Source: an uncultured Bacillota bacterium | GTDB taxonomy: Bacteria; Sysuimicrobiota; Sysuimicrobiia; Sysuimicrobiales; Segetimicrobiaceae | Length of the DNA stretch: 64,000 nucleotides | NCBI GenBank assembly: GCA_963804645.1 | Contig: CAWDRG010000010.1 | Location: forward strand, 64,001 to 128,000 | Direction of reading: 5' to 3' | Part shown: piece after piece, positions 10,843 to 21,113 of the stretch | Position numbering within the stretch: the stretch's first letter is position 1 | Layout of the letters: every line of letters starts with the position of its first letter | Translations under genes and position numbers: made by a program | Notes under the pieces: model-generated | Told to the model about the DNA's origin: nothing | Databases searched by the model: none | The model's input: the letters and a program-made list of their open reading frames with translations, nothing else

Positions 10843-12505
10843 CTAGGCCAGCGGCACGCACTGGCCGGCCTGCACGTAGGCGTGCTCGTAGACGAGCAGC
10901 GCCGCGAGCGCGAGCGCGGCGGCGAGCCACCCGCCCGGCCCCGCCGCGGTCCCCGCGCTGCACGCCGCCACCGCTGCCGAGGCGAGCTGCGTCGACGGGC
11001 AGGCGGAGAGCGCGAGGAGCGCCGGCGCCGCCACGGCGGCGGCCACCGCGAGGACTCCGAGCCACACGCCCCACCGGAACGGCGCCCGGTACCGGCCCGC
11101 GGTCATCTCCCGTGCGGCCAGGCGCGCGTGCGCGGTCGCGTGCGGCAGGGCCGCCTCGCTCCAGACGAGCAGCAGGTGGAGTGCGCTGCCTCCCGCGACA
11201 ATCTCCAGCAGCGGCCGCCCGGCCGCGGGGTCGAGGTACGCCGCGAACGGCAGCAGCGCGGCGGCGCCCGCGATGAGCGCCTGCACCAGGAAGTGCAGCG
11301 GCAGCAGCGGGTTCTGCCACAGATCCCGCGCCTTGGCCTGCGCGAACAGGTACGCCGTGTACACAGCGGTGAGTCCCGCGAGCACGACGCCGGGGACGGC
11401 GAGGGCCTGCGGCAGCGCCGGCCACCCCGCGAGGGCCGCGAGGAGGTGCAGCGCCAGCACGACCGCGTACGCGGCGATGATGAACGCCCCCCGCACGAGC
11501 CAGCTCCGCCACTGGGGGCGCGTGAAGATCAGGTAGAACCGCTCCGGATGCTTCAGATCCGCGATCAAGAGGCCGCCGGTCGCCGCGAGGAACGCGCCCG
11601 CCGAGCATCGGGGCGCCCCACAGCCACAGCGGGTTCGTCCACGAGAGCGCGCCGCGGAGCGCGAGGGCGACGAGCACCAGATACACGCCCGCCGCGATCC
11701 CTTTCGTCCACGTGTAGAGGCTGACGCGCCAGTGCCAGGGCGCCTCGTGGGGCACGTCGTAGCTGAGGAGCGCCGCGGCGGACGTGTTGTTCCACGGCGC
11801 CGGGACGCCGGACGGGACGCCGTCCGCGGCCTGCTCGCTCCACATGTAGAGCCCGCCGTCCGGCCGGCGCGCGGCCAGCGGATCGAGCGTCGCCTCGTGC
11901 GCGCCGTGATAGAAGAGCTTCGGCCGCGTGTCCTTCTCGGGCCGGCGCACCGCGACGGCGTCACGATGCACCATCTGCGCGACCCGCGAGCCTGGGTCGT
12001 TCAGATCGCCGACGAGGATCGCCTCGGTGGGGCACACGACGACGCAGGCGGGCTCGAGGCCGACGTCCAGCCGGTGCGCGCAGAAGTTGCACTTCTCCGC
12101 CGCGTGGTCCTCGGGATTCATGAAGATCGCGTCGTACGGGCACGCGGCGATGCAGGCCTTGCACCCGATGCAGATCGACTTGTCGAAGTCGACGATCCCG
12201 TCGCGGCGCGCGAACATCGCCCCGGTCGGGCAGGCGGTCACGCACGGCGCCAGGTCGCACTGGTTGCAGCGGGTCACCTGGAACGCGCGCCGCGCCTGGG
12301 GAAAGACGCCGACGTCCACGGACTTGACGTAGGTGCGGGTGACGCCGAGGGGCACCTCGTTTTCCGACTTGCACGCCACCGTGCAGGCGTGACAGCCGAC
12401 GCAGCGCGTGTGATCGATCACTTTCGCCCACTTGACCGGACGCGCCGGGACCACGCGGGTCTCTGGGCCGGTCGTCCCAACGGCAAGCGGGGGCAATGGC
12501 GTCAC
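10843..12505 (-). CDS. Fused NrfC/DmsB-type 4x[4Fe-4S] domain plus NrfD/PsrC membrane anchor (frameshift near 11600)
   Basis: CVGCHACTVAC, CNQC...PCVTACP, CIGCKACIAACPY and KCNFC...PACVVVCP read in-frame into PWHWRVSLYTWTKG. LIADLKHPERF and SWLVRG follow in the other frame. Confidence 0.85.
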
Positions 12506-12656
12506 TCCCGGAGTGATCGAGTCGGTGCGACCGGTACGGTTCGCCGAGGATTTGTCGGCCCCTGCTCTCCGCGGCGTTCCCCGCTGCGCGCGAAAGGGTC
12601 GCTCACCCGTTCGGGGGGGGACTGGGCCAAAAGTACGTTCCGGCGGGAAACCCGAC

Positions 12657-12667
12657 TGTGCTATAAT
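12657..12667 (+). promoter_or_regulatory. Extended -10 promoter (TGTGCTATAAT) just upstream of the PilX-like gene
   Basis: Perfect TGnTATAAT, 9 nt before the ATG at 12677, with no Shine-Dalgarno sequence. This suggests a near-leaderless mRNA. Confidence 0.65.
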
Positions 12668-12676
12668 TTCGGGCAT

Positions 12677-14840
12677 ATGGCACCCCACAGCCGCCGCGGC
12701 GAAGCCGGATTGGCGATGATCATCCTGCTCGTGGTCATCTTGGCCGCAACGACGCTCCTCTTTGCGATGGCCAACATCGTCATCAGCGAAATCCTCACGG
12801 CGACCAACGAAGGCAACCAGGTCAGAGCCCAGAATCTGGCCGAAGCGGGCCTCGCGATGGGCTGGGCCGCGGTCGAAAATTGGAGCACGTGGTGCGCCGG
12901 GGCGCAAACGGGAACCGAACCGGCCTGCCCGCTGACCTACACGTGGAACAACGTCGGCGGCTATCAGCCCCAGGGCGGCTACGCGGCGGCGCAGATCGAC
13001 ACGACGTCGTCGCCGACACCCAGCGGGGCGTCCATTGCGAACTACGCGGTCAGGGTCGTGGTCGGCTACGGGAACACCACGTTTTCGACCCTGGCGGGCA
13101 ACGCGGGCTCCGCCACCGCGACCGGCAACCCCACCCAGCTGGCGACCGGCGACGCGTTCGTGCGCCAGACCGCCCTGGTGCTGCCCGCCGCATTCTCGTT
13201 CGGGATCTTCAGCAACACGACCGCGATGGTCAACGGCGTGGCGTCGATGCCGCTCTCCTCCGGCGTCAACAACGGCAGCGGGATGCCGGTGCAGTGCCTG
13301 ACGAACGCGGTGATCGCGGGAGGCGTGTCGGGCAAGAGCGACGTCACGGACATCTGTCAGACGATGGGGCCGCTGTTCTCCCCGAGCCCCACGACCGGGG
13401 GGATCAACATCGGCTATCCGCTGATCGGCACCGTGTACGCCAATAACAACACGGTCGGCAACGGCGTCGCGCCCATCAACGGCGGCAGCTACAGCCCCGC
13501 GGGCTCGCCCGTGACCGGCTGCAACAGCACTCCCGCGGCGCCGAGCACGCTGTGCCTGCTCCCGGCGGAGAGCGCGCCCTCGGCCGGCGTGTCGCTGACC
13601 GGACCGCTCCCGGCGGTCGCCTCCAACAACTCGGGCACCGCCGGCAATATCTACTCGGGCGGGGCGGCGCCGTTCCCGCTCTGCAACACCGGCGGGTGCG
13701 GTTCGGCCAACGTGGGCACGCAGTACCAGTTCCCGGCGTGGAACTGGAGTGCGATGAGGACCGCGGCGAACACGCAGGGTACCCTGTTTGCGTCCGCGCA
13801 GTTATTCTATGCGAAGGCGTGTACCACTTGGTACAACGCCGGCACTCATGTCACCACCATTCCCGCCGGCATGTACATGATTGAGGACCAGGCGGTGATC
13901 TTCGATAACGACCCCACCCGCTGCCTCGGCAACGTCGTGCTGCAGGGTGGTGCGATCGCGGTCTACTGTACGGGCAGCGGCGGCAACGCGCTGTGCGGCA
14001 GCAACAACGCGGTGAACTACCCGCCGGGCAACAACCTGCTGGGCACGGGGTTGAGCCAGCTGTGGAGCGGCTCGCCCGAGATCCCCGGCGGCAGCCCGGC
14101 GCCGAATTCATGCTCCAACACCACCCCGTGCGGAGACATCATCCTGGGCGGCCCGGTGACGGGAACCAGTCCGGGGTGCACCCCGCCGTCCAACCCGTGC
14201 TCCTTCACGTTCCAAACCAGCGGCTACGCGGGCGGCGGCGGCGCCGACCTGAACACGCCCGTGCTCATGGCCGGCGGAAGCATCGGCAGCTGCGCGAGCG
14301 GCTGCGTCAACGCCGTCACGTACAATGGTGTGCCGAACAACATGGTGTACGTCTACGGCAACGGATACGTGACCGGCGCCGGCGCAGAAGTGTGCGGCAC
14401 GGTGGGGTCCGACTGCAACGTCGCCTACATCCTCCCGCCGTACAGCGCCCAGTCGAGCCCCCCGTGCGGAGTGGCCACGGGAGGCACCGCCGCCAACCCC
14501 GCCGTCCTCTACGTCAAGGGGATGGTCTACGTGCTCGCCAACCGGGACCGGCAGTTTGGCGCTCCGTCTCTGGGCGTTGATGCCTACTCCACCTACGGCT
14601 GGTGCGTTGAAGCCGATGCCAACGACACCGTCGCGATTCAGGGGGCGCTGGTGGGGGAGCAGATCTACGAGTTCGAGGGCCAACTGCTCTGGGACCCGTC
14701 GATGCACTTCGCCGGCTTCAATGCAGAGTGGGTGTTCTGCAAGCCAGCCTATTCGAAGCTGTGCTGCGCTGTCGAACTCGAACCCGCTGACCGCGGGCTC
14801 CGTCACGATCATCCCGCTGTCCGAATCCACCGGCCAGTAA
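12677..14840 (+). CDS. Large PilX-like minor pilin/adhesin, rich in Cys, Gly, Asn and Thr (probable frameshift near 14725)
   Basis: Class III-like leader RRGEAG|LAMIILLVVILAATTLL and PilX_N-like RAQNLAEAGL. A plausible C-terminus SGCSASQPIRSC...IIPLSESTGQ* lies in the +1 frame. Confidence 0.72.
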
Positions 14841-14884
14841 CCCTACCGGGCCTCCCCCTGTCGCCCGGCGCCCGTCCCGCCCGC

Positions 14885-15349
14885 ATGTCCACGCGACGAG
14901 ACGGGACGCGGCCACCTGCCCGGTCCACCCGACGCGACGCGGCAGCCCGGACGTGGCTTCAGACCTTTGAGGGCCACGTCCGGGCCGTCGATTTTCCCTC
15001 CGCCCGCGCCATGTTCGCGGCCGACGTCGTCGCGTTCGGGACCTACGCCGCCGTCGTACCGGGACGGGCCGCGCTCGAACGCCGGCAGTGGGCGAACGTG
15101 TGGCCGGCGATCCGCGGGTTCAGGTTTCGGATGGACGCGATGCGCTGCCTCGGGGGATCCGGCGGGATGTGCGTGGTCGTCCCGTGGGACTCCCGCGGCG
15201 TCCGGCCGGACGGCTCGACGTTCTCGCGACCGGGCCGGGCGACGCTGTTTCTCATCCGGCGCGGCGACCGGTGGGTCGCCGCCCACTCGCACTTCTCGCT
15301 CGCCCCCGCCCGCGCCGGGCGCACCTCCCGGTCACGGCCCAAGCGGTAA
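14885..15349 (+). CDS. SnoaL/NTF2-like protein
   Basis: VDFPSARAMFAADVVAFGT, RPGRAT and WVAAHSHFSL. It is merged with the PilX ORF in the track because of the upstream frameshift. Confidence 0.75.
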   Translation: MSTRRDGTRPPARSTRRDAAARTWLQTFEGHVRAVDFPSARAMFAADVVAFGTYAAVVPGRAALERRQWANVWPAIRGFRFRMDAMRCLGGSGGMCVVVPWDSRGVRPDGSTFSRPGRATLFLIRRGDRWVAAHSHFSLAPARAGRTSRSRPKR

Positions 15350-15366
15350 CACCCGGTCCCGCCGCC

Positions 15367-17337
15367 TCAGCGTTCCGGGGGCTCGTCGCGCGCCAGGTCG
15401 ACGAAGAATCCGAGCGCCTCGGGATTGCTCAGCGCGTCGACGCTCGCGGCGCGGTCCGGCGCGATTCCGGCGAGGATCCGCTTGACCGGCACCTCAAGCT
15501 TCTTGCCGCTCAGCGTCCGGGGGACCGCGGCGATCGCGTGGATCTCGTTCGGCACGTGGCGCGGAGACAGCTCCCGGCGGATCTTCGCGACGATTCGATC
15601 GCGCAGCGGCGCGTCGAGCACGGCACCGGCGCGCAGTACGACGAACAGGAGCAGCCGCCCGTCCTTCCCGAGCTCGCCCGTGTCGACGACCAGGCTGTCC
15701 ACGACGTCCGGCAGATCCTCGACCACCCGGTAGAACTCGCTCGTGCCCATCCGGACGCCGGCCCGGTTCAGGGTGGAGTCGGACCGTCCGTACACGACGC
15801 AGCCGCCCTCGCGCGTGATCTTGATCCAGTCGCCGTGGCGCCAGATCCCCGGGTACGTCTCGAAGTAGCTGGCCCGGTACCGGCGCCCGTCCGGATCGTT
15901 CCAAAACCCCACCGGCATGGACGGCATCGGCTCGGTGATCACGAGCTCGCCCACCTCGTCGACGATCGACCGCCCCTCCGGGTCGTAGGCCTCCACCTTG
16001 GCGCCGAGCCCGCGGCACTGGATCTCGCCCGCGCGCACCGGCAGGAGCGGGCACGACAGGATGAACGCGGTGCACACGTCCGTCCCGCCGCTGACGGAGC
16101 CGAGCAGCAGGTCGCGCTTGACGTGCTCGTACACCCACTCGAACCCCTCGGGCGGCAGCGGCGCGCCCGTGGACCCCACCGCGCGCAGCCGGCCGAGATC
16201 GGCGTCCCGAGCCGGCTCGACCCCCGCCTTCTGGCATCCCAACAGGTACGGCGCGCTCGTGCCAAAGTACGTCATGCCGGTCCGCTCCGCGAGCCGCCAC
16301 AGGACCCCCAGATCGGGATGCGCCGGGTTGCCGTCGTACAGCACGATGGTCGTCCCGACCAGGAGCCCGCTGATGAGGAAGTTCCACATCATCCAGCCGG
16401 TCGTCGTGAACCAGAACAGCCGGTCCTCGGGTCCGAGGTCGAGGTGCAGGATCAGCACCTTCAGCATCTCGAGCAGGACCCCGCCGTGCCCGTGCACGAT
16501 CGCCTTGGGGAGGCCGGTCGTGCCCGACGAATACAGCACCCAGAGCGGGTGATCGAAGGGCACCGGCTCGAAGACGAGCTCGCGATCCGCCGCCCCGCCG
16601 GCGAGCTCGGCCCAGGGGTGCACGCCCGCGGGAAGCGGCCCGACGGGCCCGCCGAGACGCGGCACCAGCACGGTCGACTCAAGGGTCGGCAGCTGACGGC
16701 GGATCTCGGTGATCTCGGCCGTCCGGTCGAACGATCGACCGCCGTACCGGTAGCCGTCCGCGGCGACGAGCACGCGCGGCTCGATCTGCCGCACCCGCTC
16801 CACCACGCTGCGGATCCCGAACTCCGGCGCGCAGCTCGACCAGATCGCTCCGAGGCTCGCCGTGGCCAGCGCCGCGACGACCGTCTCCGGCGCGTTCGGC
16901 ATGTACGCGGCGACGCGGTCTCCGCGCCGGACCCCGAGGCGCCGGAGCCCGGCGGCGGCGGCCCGCACCTTCTCGTAGAGCTCCGCGTAGGTGATCGTCT
17001 CCGGCGGCGCGTCCTCCGACGCGAACACGATCGCCGGGTGCGCGTCGCGCCGGCGCAGCGCGTGCTCCGCGTAGTTCAGCTCGGCCCCGGGGAACCACCG
17101 CGCGCCGAACATCCGCCGCTCGGGCAGCACCTGCGTGTAGGGGCGGCGCGGCCGGACGTCGCAGAATTCCCAGATCGACGCCCAGAACGCCTCGAGATCC
17201 GTGACCGACCAGCGCCACAGCGCGTCGTACGAGTCGAAGGCGAGCCCGCGCGTGTCCCGCAGCCACGCGAGATAGCGCGTCAGGTTCGCCCGCGCCCGCT
17301 CCTCGTTGGACGGCGTCCACAGCACCGTGCCTTCCAC
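15367..17337 (-). CDS. Acetoacetate--CoA ligase
   Basis: YSSGTTGLPK, SVSGGTDVC, WRHGDW, GRSDSTLNRAGVRMG and SGKKLEVPVK. Confidence 0.92.
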   Translation of the reverse strand: MEGTVLWTPSNEERARANLTRYLAWLRDTRGLAFDSYDALWRWSVTDLEAFWASIWEFCDVRPRRPYTQVLPERRMFGARWFPGAELNYAEHALRRRDAHPAIVFASEDAPPETITYAELYEKVRAAAAGLRRLGVRRGDRVAAYMPNAPETVVAALATASLGAIWSSCAPEFGIRSVVERVRQIEPRVLVAADGYRYGGRSFDRTAEITEIRRQLPTLESTVLVPRLGGPVGPLPAGVHPWAELAGGAADRELVFEPVPFDHPLWVLYSSGTTGLPKAIVHGHGGVLLEMLKVLILHLDLGPEDRLFWFTTTGWMMWNFLISGLLVGTTIVLYDGNPAHPDLGVLWRLAERTGMTYFGTSAPYLLGCQKAGVEPARDADLGRLRAVGSTGAPLPPEGFEWVYEHVKRDLLLGSVSGGTDVCTAFILSCPLLPVRAGEIQCRGLGAKVEAYDPEGRSIVDEVGELVITEPMPSMPVGFWNDPDGRRYRASYFETYPGIWRHGDWIKITREGGCVVYGRSDSTLNRAGVRMGTSEFYRVVEDLPDVVDSLVVDTGELGKDGRLLLFVVLRAGAVLDAPLRDRIVAKIRRELSPRHVPNEIHAIAAVPRTLSGKKLEVPVKRILAGIAPDRAASVDALSNPEALGFFVDLARDEPPER

Positions 17338-17475
17338 GCGATCCTCCGATCGGCCGCACGCATCCGCCGCGGCCGGTGCCGTCCTCTTCCGCGCCCGCGC
17401 GGTCCCGCTCCTGCCGCCGCCGCGCCGGCACGCGCCCCACGCGGCGCGGGGGATGCGCCAGCACGGCGTTCGCGG

Positions 17476-18138
17476 CTACGCCGGATAGATAAGCGGACGC
17501 AGTCCCAGGATATCGGCCAGCGTCTCGCCGCGCTCCATGCGCGCGCGCATCTCCGCTTCCTTCTTCGCGACCGCGTCCACCGCCGTCATGATGTCCGCGA
17601 GACGCACCCGCGGGATCACCGCGACGCCGTCCGCGCCCCCGACGATCAGGTCGCCGGGCCGGACCACGACCCCGCCGCACGCGATGTCGTCCTGCGTGGC
17701 CCCGACGCGCCGGTTGGCGCCCACCCGCGGGGTCACCGCCCGTGCGAACACCGGAAACCGAAGGACCCGCAGCGCGTCACGGTCGCGCACGGCGCCGTCG
17801 GTCACGAGGCCCGCGAGGCCGGACGCGCGCGCCTGCGTCGCCATCATCTCGCCGAACAGGGCGCCGCTCGCATCGCCGGCCGCGTCCACCACGACGACCG
17901 ACCCCGGAGGCGCCTCGAGCAGCGCCTTGTGCACCGTGATGATGCTGTTCGCGTAGCACCGGACCGTGAACGCCGGACCGACGACCTCGGCGCCGTCCCA
18001 CACGGGGTTGATGTCGGGAGCCATCACATTCGTCGTGCCCTGCGCGTCGCTGATCCACGCCGGCGAGACGCCCCGCAGCCGCTCGACCGCCGCCCCGAGC
18101 GCGCCGGTCAGGTCATACCGTGCATCCCCGTGCGCCAT
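17476..18138 (-). CDS. RraA-like / HMG-CHA aldolase family protein
   Basis: VVGPAFTV, ALFGEMM, DGAVRD and PGDLIVGGADGVAVIP. Confidence 0.85.
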   Translation of the reverse strand: MAHGDARYDLTGALGAAVERLRGVSPAWISDAQGTTNVMAPDINPVWDGAEVVGPAFTVRCYANSIITVHKALLEAPPGSVVVVDAAGDASGALFGEMMATQARASGLAGLVTDGAVRDRDALRVLRFPVFARAVTPRVGANRRVGATQDDIACGGVVVRPGDLIVGGADGVAVIPRVRLADIMTAVDAVAKKEAEMRARMERGETLADILGLRPLIYPA

Positions 18139-18315
18139 GCGTCCACGCCCCCTTGCCGCGCGCACACGCCGCGCGCGGCGCGAACCAGTTCGGCGCAGGC
18201 GAGCGGGAATCCCGGGCGCACGCTCACCCGCGCCCAGCGGGCCAAGGGAGGACGGCCGCCGCGGCCGAATCAAGGGAGCGTTCCCCCTGGGCCGGCATCG
18301 AGCGGAGGTGTCAGG

Positions 18316-19140
18316 ATGGCGTGTCGCGTGTTCATCTCGGCGGACATCGAAGGGGTGGCCGGCGTCGTCACGAGCCTCCAGGTCGCCGACACGGCGAGGC
18401 AGTACCAGGAGGGGCGGGAGCTCATGACCGCCGAGGTCAACGCGGCGATCGCGGGCGCGTACGACGGCGGCGCGACGGACGTGACGGTCTGCGACAGCCA
18501 CGCGGCGATGCAGAACCTGATCCCCTCGCGCCTCGACGAACGCGCGGTGCTCGTGCGCGGCGCGATGCGCGACTCGCTCCAGATGGAAGGGATGGACGCC
18601 TCGTTCCACGCGGTGTTCGTCACGGGAACGCACGGCCGCGCCGGCACGGCCGACGCGGTGATGGATCATACTTGGAACGGCGCGGTCATCTACAATCTCC
18701 GGATCAACGGGCGCACGGTCAACGAGACCGAGCTGAACGCGCTCGTCGCCCACCGCTTCGGCGTCCCCGTGGCGCTCGTCACCGGCGACGAGGCCACGCT
18801 GGCGCAGACGCGCGAGACCCTGCCGGACGCCGTCATGGTCCCGGTAAAGGCTGGCCGCGCGCGGGGCGCGGCGGCGAGCGTGCACCCCGCGGAAGCCTGC
18901 CGGCGGATCCGCGCGGGCGCGGCCGAGGCGGTGCGGACGCGCGGCAACATCGCCGTCCCGGCGGTCCCCTCCCCCCTCGTCATGGAGATCGACTACATGC
19001 GGACGGACATGGCGCAGACCGCGGCGCTCGTCCCGGGCGTCGCGCGCATCGCGCCGCGCACCGTCCGCGTCGAAGCCGACCCCGACACGATGTTCCGGAT
19101 CCAGGAATTGATCGTCTACCGGCTGCGGTACGAGCTCTAG
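18316..19140 (+). CDS. Peptidase M55 D-aminopeptidase (DppA-like)
   Basis: FISADIEG (DxE), DSH, GTHG, HTW, NETE and VTGD zinc-site motifs. GGAGG RBS. Confidence 0.9.
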   Translation: MACRVFISADIEGVAGVVTSLQVADTARQYQEGRELMTAEVNAAIAGAYDGGATDVTVCDSHAAMQNLIPSRLDERAVLVRGAMRDSLQMEGMDASFHAVFVTGTHGRAGTADAVMDHTWNGAVIYNLRINGRTVNETELNALVAHRFGVPVALVTGDEATLAQTRETLPDAVMVPVKAGRARGAAASVHPAEACRRIRAGAAEAVRTRGNIAVPAVPSPLVMEIDYMRTDMAQTAALVPGVARIAPRTVRVEADPDTMFRIQELIVYRLRYEL

Positions 19141-19180
19141 CATCGGCGGCCGTCCATTCAGCGAAGGAGGGAGATACGCG

Positions 19181-19975
19181 ATGAGACTCGGTGAGATGAC
19201 TTGGACGCAGGCCCGCGAGGCGGTGGACGCGGGCGTGACCGCGGTGCTGCCGCTCGGCTCGATCGAGGAGCACGGCCCCCACAACGTGATGGGCGACTAT
19301 CTGGCCTGCGACAAGATCACGGCCGCCGCGACGGAGCTGACCGGCGACGTCATGGCGCCGGTCGTCCCCTACGGCTACTCCGAGTACTTCCGGAACTACC
19401 CAGGCACGATCACGCTCAGGGCGTCCACGCTCGCGCGGGTGGTCACGGACGCGCTCGACTGCCTGCTGCACCATCACTTCGCCCGCGTCGCCATCTTCAA
19501 CGGCCACTCCGGCAACGGCAGCGTCCTCAACCTGGTCACGCGGCGGTTCCGCCGGATGCACGGCATCGTGATCCCGACGCTGAACGTGCTGGGGCTCACG
19601 CAGACGCCCGAGTTGATCGAGCGCGTCTACGGCGGGAAAGTCGGCCTCGGCCACGGCGGCGAACCGATGGGGTCGCTGATGATGCACGTCGCGCCCGGCA
19701 AGGTGCGCATGGAGCGCGCCGGCGAGTGGGGCCGGGGGCAGGTGTTCGGCGTGCCGACGGAGGGCCTCGATGGGATCCGCGTCGATGGCATCCGCGTGTC
19801 GGTCCCCCTCGACATGGAGGACGTGACGCCGCCGAGCGGGAGCCTGTCCGACCCGACGCTCGCGACGCCGGAGCGCGGTCGGCAGCTGTTCGACAGTGCG
19901 GTCGACGGGTGCGCACGATTCCTCCGGTGGTTCCGAAACGTGGACCCCTACCTCGGGAGCGGCGCGCCCCGATAG
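19181..19975 (+). CDS. Creatininase family amidohydrolase
   Basis: LPLGSIEEHGPH, D, NGHSGN and GHGGE. Confidence 0.88.
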   Translation: MRLGEMTWTQAREAVDAGVTAVLPLGSIEEHGPHNVMGDYLACDKITAAATELTGDVMAPVVPYGYSEYFRNYPGTITLRASTLARVVTDALDCLLHHHFARVAIFNGHSGNGSVLNLVTRRFRRMHGIVIPTLNVLGLTQTPELIERVYGGKVGLGHGGEPMGSLMMHVAPGKVRMERAGEWGRGQVFGVPTEGLDGIRVDGIRVSVPLDMEDVTPPSGSLSDPTLATPERGRQLFDSAVDGCARFLRWFRNVDPYLGSGAPR

Positions 19976-20026
19976 CGCGTGCGCGCGACCGGCGGAGCGC
20001 AGCGGCCGAAAGGAGGGGGTGTGGCG

Positions 20027-21031
20027 ATGAGAGACCTTCACACGATCCCGCGGGTCCAGCTGGCGTTTACGCCGACGCCCCTCCAGGACGTCCCGCGGCT
20101 GGCGAAGACGCTTGGTCTCCGGCGCCTGCTGATCAAGCGAGACGACCAGACCGGGCTTGCGCTCGGAGGGAACAAGGCGCGCAAGCTGGAGTTTCTGCTT
20201 GCCGACGCAATCGCCCAGGGCGCGGACACGGTCGTGACCATGGGCGGCCCGCAGTCCAACCACTGCCGCATGACCGCGGCGGCCGCCCGGGTGTGCGGCC
20301 TGCGGGCGCAGTTGGTGTTCAACACGTACGACCTGCGGCCGGTCGACGACGTGCAGGGCAATATGATCCTCGACCGGTTGCTGGGCGCATCCTGGAGGTT
20401 CACCAAGCCGGGCCAAACGAGGAACGACTGCGTGCAGGAAGTCGCGGCGGAGCTCACCGCGCAGGGGCGCAGGCCGTACATCATCCCGGCCGGAGGCAGC
20501 AACGGCCTCGGCGTCTTGGGCTACGTCAGGGCGGCCCTGGAGCTGTCCGAGCAGTGCCGCGACCTCGGGGTGACGCCCGACTATATCGTGTGCGCTGGCG
20601 GGTCCTACGGAACGCAGGCCGGCCTCGAGTTGGGCGTGCGCCTCGCCGGGCTGCCGTCGCGGGTCGTCGGTGTCGGCGTGTCGGGCCTGGTCCCCGAGAT
20701 TCACGCCCGCATCGCGTCCTTGGTGGAGGCGGCGGCGGGCTTCCTGGAGACCTCGGTTCCTGGGGCTGATCCGCTGGTCTGGGAGGATTACGCCGGCGAC
20801 GGGTACGGCGTGCCGACCGAGGCATCGCGGCAGGCCCTAGAATTGGTCGCGTCGACGGAGGGCATTCTGCTGGACCCCGTGTATACCGCCAAGGCGTTTT
20901 CCGGCCTCATGGGAGAACGTCGCCGGGGCCGAATCACACCCGATGACGTCGTGGTCTTCGTGCACACGGGAGGCGCCCCTGCGCTCTTCGCCGAGCAGCG
21001 GCTGTATTGGGGGCCCGTCCCCACCGGCTGA
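20027..21031 (+). CDS. D-cysteine desulfhydrase family PLP enzyme (ACC deaminase fold)
   Basis: KRDDQTGLALGGNKARKLE, QSNH, LDPVYTAK and HTGG. Confidence 0.88.
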   Translation: MRDLHTIPRVQLAFTPTPLQDVPRLAKTLGLRRLLIKRDDQTGLALGGNKARKLEFLLADAIAQGADTVVTMGGPQSNHCRMTAAAARVCGLRAQLVFNTYDLRPVDDVQGNMILDRLLGASWRFTKPGQTRNDCVQEVAAELTAQGRRPYIIPAGGSNGLGVLGYVRAALELSEQCRDLGVTPDYIVCAGGSYGTQAGLELGVRLAGLPSRVVGVGVSGLVPEIHARIASLVEAAAGFLETSVPGADPLVWEDYAGDGYGVPTEASRQALELVASTEGILLDPVYTAKAFSGLMGERRRGRITPDDVVVFVHTGGAPALFAEQRLYWGPVPTG

Positions 21032-21113
21032 GCGGCCCGCCGGCAGATGACGCGGCCCCTGTGAGGCTCGTCCCGCGGCAGGAGTACGGGCCTGCAGGCG
21101 GAATGCGTGGCCC

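Noticed and set aside
11732..15349. 1205-aa ORF as a true PilX-SnoaL fusion
   Set aside because: Its 5' third is antisense to the FeS gene, and the linker is low-complexity read-through caused by a probable indel near 14725. The alternative frame gives a sensible C-terminus and an even Cys count.
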